Shown here: positions 1-9,428 of the stretch, piece after piece
How the letters are laid out: every line of letters starts with the position of its first letter
Position numbering within the stretch: position 1 is the stretch's first letter
NCBI GenBank assembly: GCA_032123435.1
Contig: JAQBFJ010000230.1
Span: 1 to 35,980, forward strand
DNA from: Verrucomicrobiota bacterium
GTDB lineage: Bacteria > Verrucomicrobiota > Kiritimatiellia > UBA8416 > JAQBFJ01
Length of the DNA stretch: 35,980 nt
Reading direction: 5' to 3'
Program-made: the position numbers and the translations under genes
The notes under the pieces: model-generated
Database searches by the model: none
Told to the model about the DNA's origin: nothing
The model's input: the letters and a program-made list of their open reading frames with translations, nothing else

Positions 1-2
1 GG

Positions 3-2093
3 CATGCCGAATCGAACGCGGCAAGCTGGGCAAGACATAATGTGGGCCGCCTGCTTGCCGCTGTTGGTCTTGTCTTTCTTTGCGTTGTTTTATTCAGGAA
101 TTTGCCTAAAGCCGACGCGCGGTCTGCCGCCATGGTTAATAGATACGCCGAAGCAGTCATCGGTAATCTGCCGGAAGATTGTTCATGGCTGATAGCAGAC
201 GGCATTTGGGATAGTCATTTTATGATCACTGCCATGGAAAAAGGCAAGGATTTGAAAGTATTGAACATTCGCGGTGGGGCGAGTGAAGTTTACATGAGAT
301 GGGTGGCAACGCTTTTTGATCAAATCCGGTTCAGGAATCTGGCGCGGATCGGAATGATTCCCATGCTTCAGGAATGGTTCGGATCGGATCCGGATGTTCA
401 GAATAAAGTGGCTGTGTTGTCTTCGCCGGATCTGTGGATATCATCCGGTTTTACCGTGGTTCCGCACAAGCTTGTGTTTGTTGGGGTTCAAGGAATAAAA
501 AACATCAATGCTGAAAAACTTTACACCGAGCAGGAACAATTCTGGGCTGAATTTGCGCCTGTCCTTCAGGATGCCAATGATGGAGCCGAACGCGTATCTA
601 ATTTCGGACGGGAAGCTGTAAGACACGCCAGCATGGTCGCGAACAATCTTGGTGTGTTAATGGAAGATCTGGCAGAGACAGGGATCGGAGCCGAGAAAGT
701 GGAACGTCAGGGACACGCGTTCGCGTCTTACAGGAAGGCGCGTGAAATAAATCCTGAGAATATCAGCGCGCTTCTGAATATGGCCAATATGGTCGAAAAC
801 GGATATCCCGCTCCTGACGCTGAAGCAATAAAGAAGGACCTTGAAGAGTTGGGTTCCAATATGCCTGCAAATGTTCGCATGTGGGCCCTGTCGTATTTTC
901 ACGGATACGTGCGCATGCCGGCTGCGTTTGCTCAGCTTGGCTGGACATGGGCTTTGTCGGGTCAGCCTGGACTTGCTTTCGCCGGATTCAAGAAAGCCAT
1001 GGATCTTCTTCCGGACGGAGAAAAGGGGTCGATTAAACAAAGGTTGGCCGATGTTTATTTCATGCAAAACGAAAATGATGAAAGTGAAGCGCTTTATTAT
1101 GAACTGCTGGTCGAAGACCCGGAAAACATGCAGGCCCTGCTTGGCTCAGCACGGATAGCGTGCAGAAAGGGTGATTTTGTTAAAGCAGGAGAATTTCTGG
1201 ATAGAGCTGAAAAATCAGGGGTTAATCCTGTGTCAATGGCTTTCGAAAAAGCGCTCTTATCCCTGTATGAAGGCAATATGACGGAGGCCCGGACAGTATT
1301 GGAGGATCTGCTGGAACGTAATCCGGCGCATGTAAGAGCATGGACAGTTCTCGCTGATGTCTGCATGGGGCAGGGCGATAAAGAAGGGTTGAAAAGATGC
1401 GCTCTGAAATTGAAAGAGATTAACGGCGGCGAACTGATAAGTAATATGATTGAAGGTAAATTAGCACTTATGGATTCGGATTTCGATTCTGCCAGAAGAA
1501 TTTTCAGACAGGCGCTCGGACGTGACCCGAATAATATCTACGTACTGGAACAGGTGTTGCGCCTTGATGTTGTTCTGCGCAGGGAAAACGACGCCCGTCT
1601 CCATACGCTCCACTTGCTTCGGATTGATCCCGGAAACGCTCTGGCCAATTTCATCAGGGGCTCATTGCAGATGCTGGATGGCGATTACGATATGGCTGAA
1701 GATTCGTTCAGGAAAAGCCTTGAGAAACAGAAAACACCACATGCTCTGAATGAGCTGGCATGGCTTCTCGCGAAACGGGAACGGTACAGGGAGTCCGAAC
1801 GGCTGGCACGCGAAGCTATAGCGCACAATGACAAAATGAGTTCTTCATGGGACACGCTGGGAGTTGTTCTGATGAAGACGGGGCGCCTTGATGAGGCCAA
1901 AAAAGCGTTCGAAAAGTCGCTGTCCATAAATCAGTCTGATCCAAGCGTGTTTCTGCACATGGCGGAATTCCATTTGATGAAAGGCGATAACACGCAAGCG
2001 CGCGAACTTATGGTTATGCTCGACGGAAAACGCGATGAATTGTCGAGTGAAGACAAAAAACAGCTTGAAAAAATGTTCACTGAACTGCCGTGA
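3..2093 (+). CDS. TPR-repeat membrane protein, 5'-truncated by the window edge (possibly the C-terminal part of a TMEM260/DUF2723-like protein)
   Basis: Frame is open from position 3. A TM segment (LLAAVGLVFLCVVLF) is followed by many TPR motifs (e.g. WDTLGVVLMKTGRLDEAKKAFEKSLSINQSD). The DUF2723 link is inference. Confidence 0.8.
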   Translation, partial: HAESNAASWARHNVGRLLAAVGLVFLCVVLFRNLPKADARSAAMVNRYAEAVIGNLPEDCSWLIADGIWDSHFMITAMEKGKDLKVLNIRGGASEVYMRWVATLFDQIRFRNLARIGMIPMLQEWFGSDPDVQNKVAVLSSPDLWISSGFTVVPHKLVFVGVQGIKNINAEKLYTEQEQFWAEFAPVLQDANDGAERVSNFGREAVRHASMVANNLGVLMEDLAETGIGAEKVERQGHAFASYRKAREINPENISALLNMANMVENGYPAPDAEAIKKDLEELGSNMPANVRMWALSYFHGYVRMPAAFAQLGWTWALSGQPGLAFAGFKKAMDLLPDGEKGSIKQRLADVYFMQNENDESEALYYELLVEDPENMQALLGSARIACRKGDFVKAGEFLDRAEKSGVNPVSMAFEKALLSLYEGNMTEARTVLEDLLERNPAHVRAWTVLADVCMGQGDKEGLKRCALKLKEINGGELISNMIEGKLALMDSDFDSARRIFRQALGRDPNNIYVLEQVLRLDVVLRRENDARLHTLHLLRIDPGNALANFIRGSLQMLDGDYDMAEDSFRKSLEKQKTPHALNELAWLLAKRERYRESERLAREAIAHNDKMSSSWDTLGVVLMKTGRLDEAKKAFEKSLSINQSDPSVFLHMAEFHLMKGDNTQARELMVMLDGKRDELSSEDKKQLEKMFTELP

Positions 2094-2105
2094 CAGGGAC
2101 GGCGT

Positions 2106-2858
2106 TCATTTTTTTCTGAGTATGTCCAGCTCGTGTTTCGTTAAATCACGCCACTTGCCCTGCTGAAGGCCTGTCAGGGAAAGAGTTTTTACTTTTGTAC
2201 GAATAAGACGGTGAACCTTTAAATCAACTTGTTCGCACATGAGTCGAATCTGGCGCTTGCGTCCTTCCTTGAGTATGAATTCAAGTACGGAACGATCTAT
2301 TTTAGAGTTATTACTTATTAACCTGACAACAGCAGGCCGTATGGGGCGGTCATATCCAAGCGACATGGGCGATCGTAATGTTTTCAGCACGGTATTATCA
2401 ACTTTTCCCGATACTGTTGCCTTGTACGTCTTGTCCTGTTCAAAACGAGGATGCGTTAAGTGATTGATCAGATCTCCATCATTCGACATCAGAAGCAGGC
2501 CTTCACTGTTTTTGTCAAGGCGGCCGATTGGTACAAGTCGCTCCTTGATGCCGCTGATGAGTTCATAGACAGTTGGGCCTTGAATAGACGATGTACTGCA
2601 AATATATTCGCGCGGCTTATGAAGCATGATGGTGCGCAATGGTTCTCTGCCCCGTTCAAGAGGCCGGTCATCCAAAGTTACCTTGTCTTTTGCCGGATCT
2701 ATGCGTGTGCCGGGTTCCAGCGCCGGCGTTCCGTTCACCTTTACTCTGCCGGAAGTTATATAAGAAACTGCGTGCCGTCTTGACGCTATGCCGCGGTCGG
2801 CAAGAAATTTCTGAAGCCTGATAGTAGTATTATTCACAATCCGGATAATAACCTGCAT
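2106..2858 (-). CDS. rluB: RsuA/RluB-family rRNA pseudouridine synthase with N-terminal S4 domain
   Basis: S4 motif RLQKFLADRGIASRR, catalytic GRLDKNSEGLLL, and EGRKRQIR motif. Confidence 0.9.
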   Translation of the reverse strand: MQVIIRIVNNTTIRLQKFLADRGIASRRHAVSYITSGRVKVNGTPALEPGTRIDPAKDKVTLDDRPLERGREPLRTIMLHKPREYICSTSSIQGPTVYELISGIKERLVPIGRLDKNSEGLLLMSNDGDLINHLTHPRFEQDKTYKATVSGKVDNTVLKTLRSPMSLGYDRPIRPAVVRLISNNSKIDRSVLEFILKEGRKRQIRLMCEQVDLKVHRLIRTKVKTLSLTGLQQGKWRDLTKHELDILRKK

Positions 2859-2900
2859 GCTCCATGAAGGAAACTAAATATTGTGCTCCGCGTCCACCGA

Positions 2901-3683
2901 GGTGGTAAGAAGAAAGATGTTTACCACGGAGTGCACCCGCCTACGTTAGCTTCGGCGTGGCAGGCGGAGAAGAAAAGGAAGAAGGGAGCGTTTAGACAGG
3001 ATTAACCCGCCTTCGCAAGAAAGCTTCGGCGAGGCGCGGCAGGATTGACTGGATTAAGATAAGACCCGGCTTCGTCGCAAACTACGCCGTGGCAAGCAGG
3101 ATGGTCCAAGAAATCTGGATAAAAATATCCGCAGATTTCTTGAACAGTGTTTCTGATTGGGAAAAGAAGAGAATATTAGACAGGATTACAAGATATACAT
3201 GATGGGACATGATCAACATCCGAGATATGCGTGAAATCTCAGATGGATTATTTAATCCATTGAGATTTTACGGATCCCGTTCTTTATCAATCCCGTCTAT
3301 CCTGTTATCCTGTCAGAAATATATTATTCTCCGGGCCCTCGAGGCGGGGACGCCGGGTGGTAAGAAGAAAGATATTTACCACGGAGTTCACGGAGGCACA
3401 GAGCAATACAGAGAAGAGAGTTGATTTAATTTGGAAACGAGTGTTTCACAATTAAATCAACAACCTGCATATGGGATCCGGCTTCGGCGCAATAACGAAC
3501 TACGCCGGGACAAGGGAATGAGGTTGTCTCGGAGGTTTGCTCCCTGATAACAACGTTGCGTCAAATCATGGATTGCTCCTGCAATACTGGATTTGATGCA
3601 ACCTCTGTATTTTGTATTCTCCGTGTTCTCGGGAACTCCAGCGCGGGGGCGCGGGTGGTAAGAAGAAAGATATTTACCACGGA
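2901..3683. repeat. Three direct copies of a 30 bp imperfect palindrome, GGTGGTAAGAAGAAAGATRTTTACCACGGA (2901-2930, 3356-3385, 3654-3683), separating hairpin-rich modules
   Basis: Read directly; arms GTGGTAA/TTACCAC flank a 12 nt purine-rich centre; start-to-start spacing 455 and 298 bp. Confidence 0.9.
3376..3660 (+). repeat. Multi-hairpin repeat element (MITE/BIME-like or structured RNA), copy 1
   Basis: Core 3419-3626 aligns with the reverse complement of about 11708-11917; hairpins GTTGATTTAATT..AATTAAATCAAC and GTTGCGTCAAATC..GATTTGATGCAAC. Confidence 0.85.
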
Positions 3684-3779
3684 TAGCGGCGTGATAAATA
3701 TGAACCGGATTTGATTGAATATTTTGCTGATTTGTGAGATATTGTTCCAATATCGAAAAGGAATGTCGTATGACCAAAG

Positions 3780-3800
3780 CCCTTCGACAAGCTCAGGGTA
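3780..3800 (+). repeat. Short REP-like palindrome CCCTTCGACAAGCTCAGGGTA
   Basis: Imperfect palindrome resembling a widespread intergenic REP-like class; lies just upstream of the 3817 RBS. Confidence 0.6.
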
Positions 3801-3816
3801 AAGAAAGGGAAATGGA

Positions 3817-5205
3817 ATGACTGTCGGTTATGATGAAGCTGTGAAACTGATGAGTAAGCATGGCCAGGATCATGTGTTCATGTTCTGGGATAAGCTTAAC
3901 GGCACGCAACGCTCCAATTTGCTGTCACAGATTGATTCGCTTGATTTCACCGGGATAGAAAAAATGCGTACCATTCTTTCCTCCAATGAATGTGCGGTCA
4001 GTAATCTTGAGATTGAACCGGCTGAAGTGATAGGAGCGGATAAAGCGCGGATAGAGGAAGTAGTACGAACAGGTGAAAATATTATCAAAACAGGGAAGGC
4101 CGGTGTACTGCTCGTGGCCGGTGGGCAGGGATCAAGGCTTGGCTTCGATGGACCAAAGGGCGCATTCGGGCTGGCGCCAATAACTAACGGCACTCTTTTC
4201 GAGATACATTCCAGAAAAATACTGGGATTGGAGCGAAAGTATGGGTGCGAAATACCGTTTTACATAATGACGAGTCAGGCGAATGACACTGCAACCAGAT
4301 CGTTTTTCAAGGAGCACGAATATTTCGGGCTATCGAGCGACAGGGTAATGTTTTTCAAGCAGGGCATGTGGCCCGCGTTATGGAAGGACGGCCGAATCGT
4401 CATGGAAAGGGCGGACAGTCTTTTCATGAGCCCTGATGGGCATGGCGGGATTCTCGCGGCGCTTGAATGTAACGGAATGCTTAATGATATGGAGAGACGC
4501 GGGCTGGAAACGCTTTTCTATTTTCAGGTGGATAATCCGCTTGTTGAAATACTGGATCCCGGCTTTATCGGCCTGCATGTGAACAGTAAAGCGGAGGTGT
4601 CCGTTAAGGTTTGTGCCAAGCGTGATGCCAATGAAGGGCTGGGTGTCGTTGTCAAACGCGGCGGCCGTAATGCCATTGTGGAGTATATCGAGCTTACGGA
4701 TGAACAGAAATCAGCAATCGGCGCCGATGGCCGCTTGAGATTATTATACGGCAGTGTGGCTATTCATGTGTTTTCATTCGATTTTCTTAAGAAGGAAGCT
4801 GGCGCTGGTTTGCCGCTTCATATTGCGTGCAAAAAAATAACTTATTGTGATGAGAATGGAGATATTGTTCAGCCCGCAAAGCCTAATGCATATAAATTTG
4901 AAAAGTTCATATTTGACGTACTGCCCGATGCGGAACGGGTCTTAAATGTTGAGTTCGCGCGCGCGGACGAATTTTCACCGGTCAAAAACGCGTCCGGATC
5001 AGACTCGCCGGACACAGCGCGCAAGGATATGATACTCAAGTTCGCGCGTTGGTTCCGGGAGTGTGGATTGACCGTGCCTGTGGACGAAACAGATCAGCCC
5101 TTATACAGGCTGGAAATAGATCCCTGTTTCGCTCTTGGGCCGGCGGAGTTAAAAAAGAAGCTGAAGAGCGATTTCAAGATTACTGGTGATGTTCTGTTAA
5201 CCTGA
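3817..5205 (+). CDS. UDPGP type-1 family protein (UDP-N-acetylhexosamine/UDP-sugar pyrophosphorylase, UAP1-like)
   Basis: Motifs LVAGGQGSRLGFDGPKG, SPDGHGG, QVDNPL, KFEKFIFD and EFSPVKNA. Confidence 0.92.
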   Translation: MTVGYDEAVKLMSKHGQDHVFMFWDKLNGTQRSNLLSQIDSLDFTGIEKMRTILSSNECAVSNLEIEPAEVIGADKARIEEVVRTGENIIKTGKAGVLLVAGGQGSRLGFDGPKGAFGLAPITNGTLFEIHSRKILGLERKYGCEIPFYIMTSQANDTATRSFFKEHEYFGLSSDRVMFFKQGMWPALWKDGRIVMERADSLFMSPDGHGGILAALECNGMLNDMERRGLETLFYFQVDNPLVEILDPGFIGLHVNSKAEVSVKVCAKRDANEGLGVVVKRGGRNAIVEYIELTDEQKSAIGADGRLRLLYGSVAIHVFSFDFLKKEAGAGLPLHIACKKITYCDENGDIVQPAKPNAYKFEKFIFDVLPDAERVLNVEFARADEFSPVKNASGSDSPDTARKDMILKFARWFRECGLTVPVDETDQPLYRLEIDPCFALGPAELKKKLKSDFKITGDVLLT

Positions 5206-5252
5206 ATGTTGGTGAATAATAACCCGCTTGTTTCACGCAGAATTGCATGCAT

Positions 5253-6773
5253 TTAATTGGGCGCGATAACAACACGGAATCCAATGGTGTCATAACGTGC
5301 GTCGGGCAGATCAAATCCGCGAGTGTTAATTTCAAGATTTTCTTTCTTATCGAAATCCCAGCAGCCACCATGCCGTACTTTGCTTGTTTTTGACGAGTCG
5401 TGCCAATCGACGCACCATTCCCAGACGTTTCCTGCCAGTCCGTATATTCCCCATTCGTTTACGCCGCTTTCCTGTGTCGGACATGTTACCACGTAACCGT
5501 CTTTATACTCTTCAATGCCTGTCCATGTCATGAGCGCTTCCTTAGAGGAAAGATCTGAGTAGTTGCCGTAAGGGGGTGGCCAGTCAGAGCCCCATGGGTA
5601 TTTCCTTTCATCTCCGCATCGTGCGAATATGGTCCATTCCAGATCGGTTGGCAGGCGCGCCTTGGTGTTGCGCGGGAAATGTTCTGCTAAATTCTTGTTG
5701 AGCCATTCACAGAATGAAATCGCCTGATACCAGCTTATATATACAGCCGGCTGATCGCTTTCGTTTAGACTGAATCTTTCATGAAACATGCTGTCGTGTG
5801 ACGAATTGAACCTTCTGTATTGGTTGTTGGTTATCTCGTATTTGCCCACCCATAAGTTGAGAGACGGGATCCAGATGAATGTCAAGGCCTCTCCGTGTCC
5901 AAGTGGTATGACAAGTTCGGTTTCAGGCGAAACGGACATGGCTGACGGTGAAATGGATTTATAATCGGAATCCGATACAGAGATAGGAGATATGGGCTGT
6001 TGCGGCGTATCGGGCATGCTTTTTTTCAATTCCTTTTGAGTTTCAATCTGTGTGGAAACAACATTGAACGCGAGAGTTGCCGCCGCCCGCCCGGCGTTAT
6101 TCTTAACAGCCCAGTGGAGTGGTGTGAGGCCGGAGTCGGTTGTCGCTTCCATGTCGGCTCCTGCCGAGATCAGAAATAGAAGAACGTTTGTGGCATTGTT
6201 GTTTGCGGCCCAGTGCAGAGGCGTGATTCCGGCTGGTGTTGAAGCGTTTATCTTTGCACCTGATTCCAAAAGCAGTTTTACCGTGTTGATTGAATTTTTG
6301 CCCGCCGCCCAGTGAAGCGGTGTAAAACCGCCTTCTGTTTCAGCATTTACGTCGGCGCCATGATTTATCAGAATCGATACTATGTTTGTATTGTCAAGCG
6401 TTGAGGCAAGGTGAAGAGGCGTTGCGCCTCCGCGCAATGGTCGATTAACAATTTCGCCTGGAGTGGATTCAAGTGATTTGTTCAGCTTCTGCACGTCATT
6501 GGATCTTATGGCAATATAAAAATCATGTATAAGCCGAAGAGGAGGGGCGGCCGGCGATGTACTGCGGGTAGCCGTAAGTGTCAGACCTTCAAGTGTTGAC
6601 AAGGACTGCTGTGCTCTTTGCGCTTTGGGATGGCGTATATTGGAATTGGTTTTATCGACATCTATTTGTGCAAGTGAACGGCTTGACAGGAACATGGATA
6701 CAATAAGAGCGAATATTACGGCTGAAAGGAACTTTGATATAATGGGGCTTACTGCAGTCATGGGCTTGCGCAT
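5253..6773 (-). CDS. Exported ankyrin-repeat + FGE/SUMF1 (C-type lectin-fold) domain protein
   Basis: Signal peptide; four ankyrin repeats (GATPLHLA, GFTPLHWAA, GITPLHWAA, GLTPLHWA); FGE motifs RLPTDLEW, GNVWEWC and GFRVV. Confidence 0.88.
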   Translation of the reverse strand: MRKPMTAVSPIISKFLSAVIFALIVSMFLSSRSLAQIDVDKTNSNIRHPKAQRAQQSLSTLEGLTLTATRSTSPAAPPLRLIHDFYIAIRSNDVQKLNKSLESTPGEIVNRPLRGGATPLHLASTLDNTNIVSILINHGADVNAETEGGFTPLHWAAGKNSINTVKLLLESGAKINASTPAGITPLHWAANNNATNVLLFLISAGADMEATTDSGLTPLHWAVKNNAGRAAATLAFNVVSTQIETQKELKKSMPDTPQQPISPISVSDSDYKSISPSAMSVSPETELVIPLGHGEALTFIWIPSLNLWVGKYEITNNQYRRFNSSHDSMFHERFSLNESDQPAVYISWYQAISFCEWLNKNLAEHFPRNTKARLPTDLEWTIFARCGDERKYPWGSDWPPPYGNYSDLSSKEALMTWTGIEEYKDGYVVTCPTQESGVNEWGIYGLAGNVWEWCVDWHDSSKTSKVRHGGCWDFDKKENLEINTRGFDLPDARYDTIGFRVVIAPN

Positions 6774-7291
6774 TCATAAGCCAGGCCAGCGCGTAATGCC
6801 TGAATGTTAATATTAGCCAGGTTTTCGGTCTTATGTGAAAAAGCATCATGTATCGCGTCTTCAATGTCAGATACCGGTACGATCTCTTTCTTTGCGATAT
6901 ACGCGCCAAGCATTATGAAATTGGCCATTCTGGCATTGCCAAGAGCTATCGCTGTTTCAGAAGCATTAACGGGAATATGCGGCGCTTCAGGCGAACGGCA
7001 TAGAGAAATGTTTATGAAAGGCATGCAGTCACCAGTCATCTTGGCAAGGAACCTGTTGACACTGGCCTGATTCATCATGAGCATTGAATCGAACTTTTCA
7101 GCCATAGGTGATGCTATCTTTTCCGACGACAGGATTATCTGGCAGTTTGACGTTCCTCCCCTTACTTCCGCACCGTAGGCAGGAAGGAAAGTTACGTGCT
7201 GGATCCGTTTCAATGCTGACGCGGCAAGTATTTTGCCGATGAGTATCACGCCCTGTCCGCCTGAGCCTGCTATGAGTACCCGTTCATGCAT
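6758..7291 (-). CDS. 2-oxoacid:ferredoxin oxidoreductase gamma subunit
   Basis: IAGSGGQGV, YGAEVRGGTS and NFIMLGA motifs; operon context. Confidence 0.92.
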   Translation of the reverse strand: MHERVLIAGSGGQGVILIGKILAASALKRIQHVTFLPAYGAEVRGGTSNCQIILSSEKIASPMAEKFDSMLMMNQASVNRFLAKMTGDCMPFINISLCRSPEAPHIPVNASETAIALGNARMANFIMLGAYIAKKEIVPVSDIEDAIHDAFSHKTENLANINIQALRAGLAYECASP

Positions 7292-8042
7292 TGACGATTT
7301 CGCCCTCCTTTCGGAAAATTCTTACTGGGAACTGTTTGGCCATTTTATCTTTCACGAATTTCAATGATTCAACCGGTGAGCATCGCAGGTATGTTGGACA
7401 TGGCGACAGTATTTCCACGAAAGTATATCCCTTGTTTTTGACCTGTGCTTCAAGCGCGGTCTTGATGGCTTTCTTTGTGTTCCTGACGCCTTGTGGTCCA
7501 TCAAGAGCTACCCGTTCAATGTAGTAGGGTTTGGTCAATGTGTTCAGCATTTCACAAATTGGCATAGGTGTGCCCATGGTGTCGGCATCACGGCCGTTCA
7601 GAGAAGTTGAAGTGTGCTGACCGATAAGTGTTGTTGGTGCCATTTGTCCTCCCGTCATTCCGTAAACGGTATTATTTACGAAAATAACGGTTATATTTTC
7701 ACCGCGATTAGCCGTGTGAATGGTTTCCGCCAGCCCGATAGCGCCGAGATCGCCATCGCCTTGATATGATATTACAATGGAATCGGGCAGGGATCGTTTT
7801 ATTCCTGTCGCCATGGCGGGCGATCTGCCGTGCGCGGCTTCGGCTGAATCAACTCTCAGATAAAAATACATCAAAACAGCACAGCCGACAGGTGCGATGG
7901 CAATGGTTCTTTCGCGTATGTTCAATTCGTCAATTACTTCAGCGAGAAGTTTGTTGGCAAGACCGTGCCCACAGCCCGGACAATAATGAGTATGGGCATC
8001 CGTTAACGTTTTGGGTCGTTTATATATTGTCTTCTTAGCCAT
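7284..8042 (-). CDS. 2-oxoacid:ferredoxin oxidoreductase beta (TPP-binding) subunit
   Basis: HYCPGCGHG, GDGD...NN TPP motif, YGMTGGQMAPTT and LSPCPT. Confidence 0.93.
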   Translation of the reverse strand: MAKKTIYKRPKTLTDAHTHYCPGCGHGLANKLLAEVIDELNIRERTIAIAPVGCAVLMYFYLRVDSAEAAHGRSPAMATGIKRSLPDSIVISYQGDGDLGAIGLAETIHTANRGENITVIFVNNTVYGMTGGQMAPTTLIGQHTSTSLNGRDADTMGTPMPICEMLNTLTKPYYIERVALDGPQGVRNTKKAIKTALEAQVKNKGYTFVEILSPCPTYLRCSPVESLKFVKDKMAKQFPVRIFRKEGEIVNA

Positions 8043-9096
8043 TGCTGTTACAGATCTTATTGATCTTCTCCATTATATCGCTTTCGGTGGGAATGGTGCC
8101 GCCCATACGTCCTTCCAGAAATACGGGAATTTTTCCGGACACCGCGAGCTGAACATCTTCCACAAACTGACCGGCGCTCATTTCGACTACGAGCACGTTC
8201 CTGGCTGTCTGCGCTATTTCGGAAATTCTCGAATATGGAAACGGCCACAGGGTTATCGGGCGGAGCAGGCCAGCTTTTATGCCGCGGGAACGGGCTTTAT
8301 TGACGACATTTTCGGAAATTCGAGCACTGGTCCCGAATGCCGCGATTAACAGTTCGCAGTCATCAGTCATGTGTTCTTCAAAACGTATTTCTTGATTCTT
8401 GATCGTTTCATATTTTTTCTGGAGTTTTATATTATTGGCTTCAAGCTCGCCTTCAGGCAGAAATAATGACTTGACTATTTGAGGTTCTCTGCCTTTGCAT
8501 CCGGTTATGGCCCATGGCTTTGGCGGGACGGGCGGCGGATCTTCCTCTCGCAGATAAAGCGGCTCCATCATCTGGCCAAGTTGTCCGTCGGCAAGAACCA
8601 TTACAGGAGTGCGATACTTGTCAGCCAGTTCAAAGGCCAGAACTGTAAGGTCATGCATTTCCTGCACGGAATAAGGGGCAAGCACTATCATGTGATAATC
8701 ACCGTGTCCGCCGCCTTTGGTTGCCTGGAAATAGTCGGCCTGACTCGGTGCGATGTTTCCGAGGCCTGGTCCGCCCCGTTGTATGTTTACAATGACAGCC
8801 GGCATGTGTGATGCGGCTATGTATGAAATACCTTCCTGTTTAAGGCTGATGCCCGGCGATGATGAACTGGTCATTGCCCGCTTTCCAGCTGCAGCAGCGC
8901 CAAAAACCATGTTTATTGCCGCAAGTTCACTTTCAGCTTGAATGAAAATACGATTTTTATCCAGCATGTGCTTTGCCATGTAGGCGGTTAACTCGTTTTG
9001 AGGGGTAATGGGATAACCGAAATAAGAATCACATCCGGCGTGAATAGCGCCTTCACCTATCGCGTCGTTACCTGTCATTAAAACTCGGGACGCCAT
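8035..9096 (-). CDS. vorB: 2-oxoacid:ferredoxin oxidoreductase alpha subunit (VorB-type)
   Basis: GYPITPQNE, QAESELAAINM, TSSSSPGISLKQE and QRGGPGLGNI. Confidence 0.9.
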   Translation of the reverse strand: MASRVLMTGNDAIGEGAIHAGCDSYFGYPITPQNELTAYMAKHMLDKNRIFIQAESELAAINMVFGAAAAGKRAMTSSSSPGISLKQEGISYIAASHMPAVIVNIQRGGPGLGNIAPSQADYFQATKGGGHGDYHMIVLAPYSVQEMHDLTVLAFELADKYRTPVMVLADGQLGQMMEPLYLREEDPPPVPPKPWAITGCKGREPQIVKSLFLPEGELEANNIKLQKKYETIKNQEIRFEEHMTDDCELLIAAFGTSARISENVVNKARSRGIKAGLLRPITLWPFPYSRISEIAQTARNVLVVEMSAGQFVEDVQLAVSGKIPVFLEGRMGGTIPTESDIMEKINKICNSNG

Positions 9097-9100
9097 TCTA

Positions 9101-9313
9101 CTAGTTCTCCTCTTCCAGTTCTATTGCGGCATCAGGGCATATTTGAGCGCACAGCTGGCATCCCGTACACTTGTCAGGATCAGTGATTTCAGGGAAATGA
9201 AGTCCGTTACTGTTTAGCTGGGTTGTCATTTTAAGGACACCATGCGGACAGACGGAAACACAAAGCTCACAGCCTTTACAGCGTTCGGTATCTATGCATA
9301 TTGTTACTTTCAT
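9101..9313 (-). CDS. 2x[4Fe-4S] ferredoxin (oxidoreductase delta subunit)
   Basis: CKGCELCVSVCP and CTGCQLCAQICP. Confidence 0.93.
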   Translation of the reverse strand: MKVTICIDTERCKGCELCVSVCPHGVLKMTTQLNSNGLHFPEITDPDKCTGCQLCAQICPDAAIELEEEN

Positions 9314-9428
9314 TATCTTTTACAGCTTACTCTTGCTGTTATTAGAAGCCAATGATAAAATTTGAGTTTAAATTCTGAATTATGATTTAGTTATGGATAT
9401 ATAAATACAAGCATGAAGGGAATTGAAA

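Noticed and set aside
2901-3683. CRISPR array from the three 30 bp repeats
   Set aside because: Spacers are 425 and 268 bp, themselves repetitive, and no cas genes are present.
3209-3777. ORFs 3209-3424 and 3457-3777 (and 11612-11830)
   Set aside because: They are translations of palindromic repeat DNA with no protein-like features.
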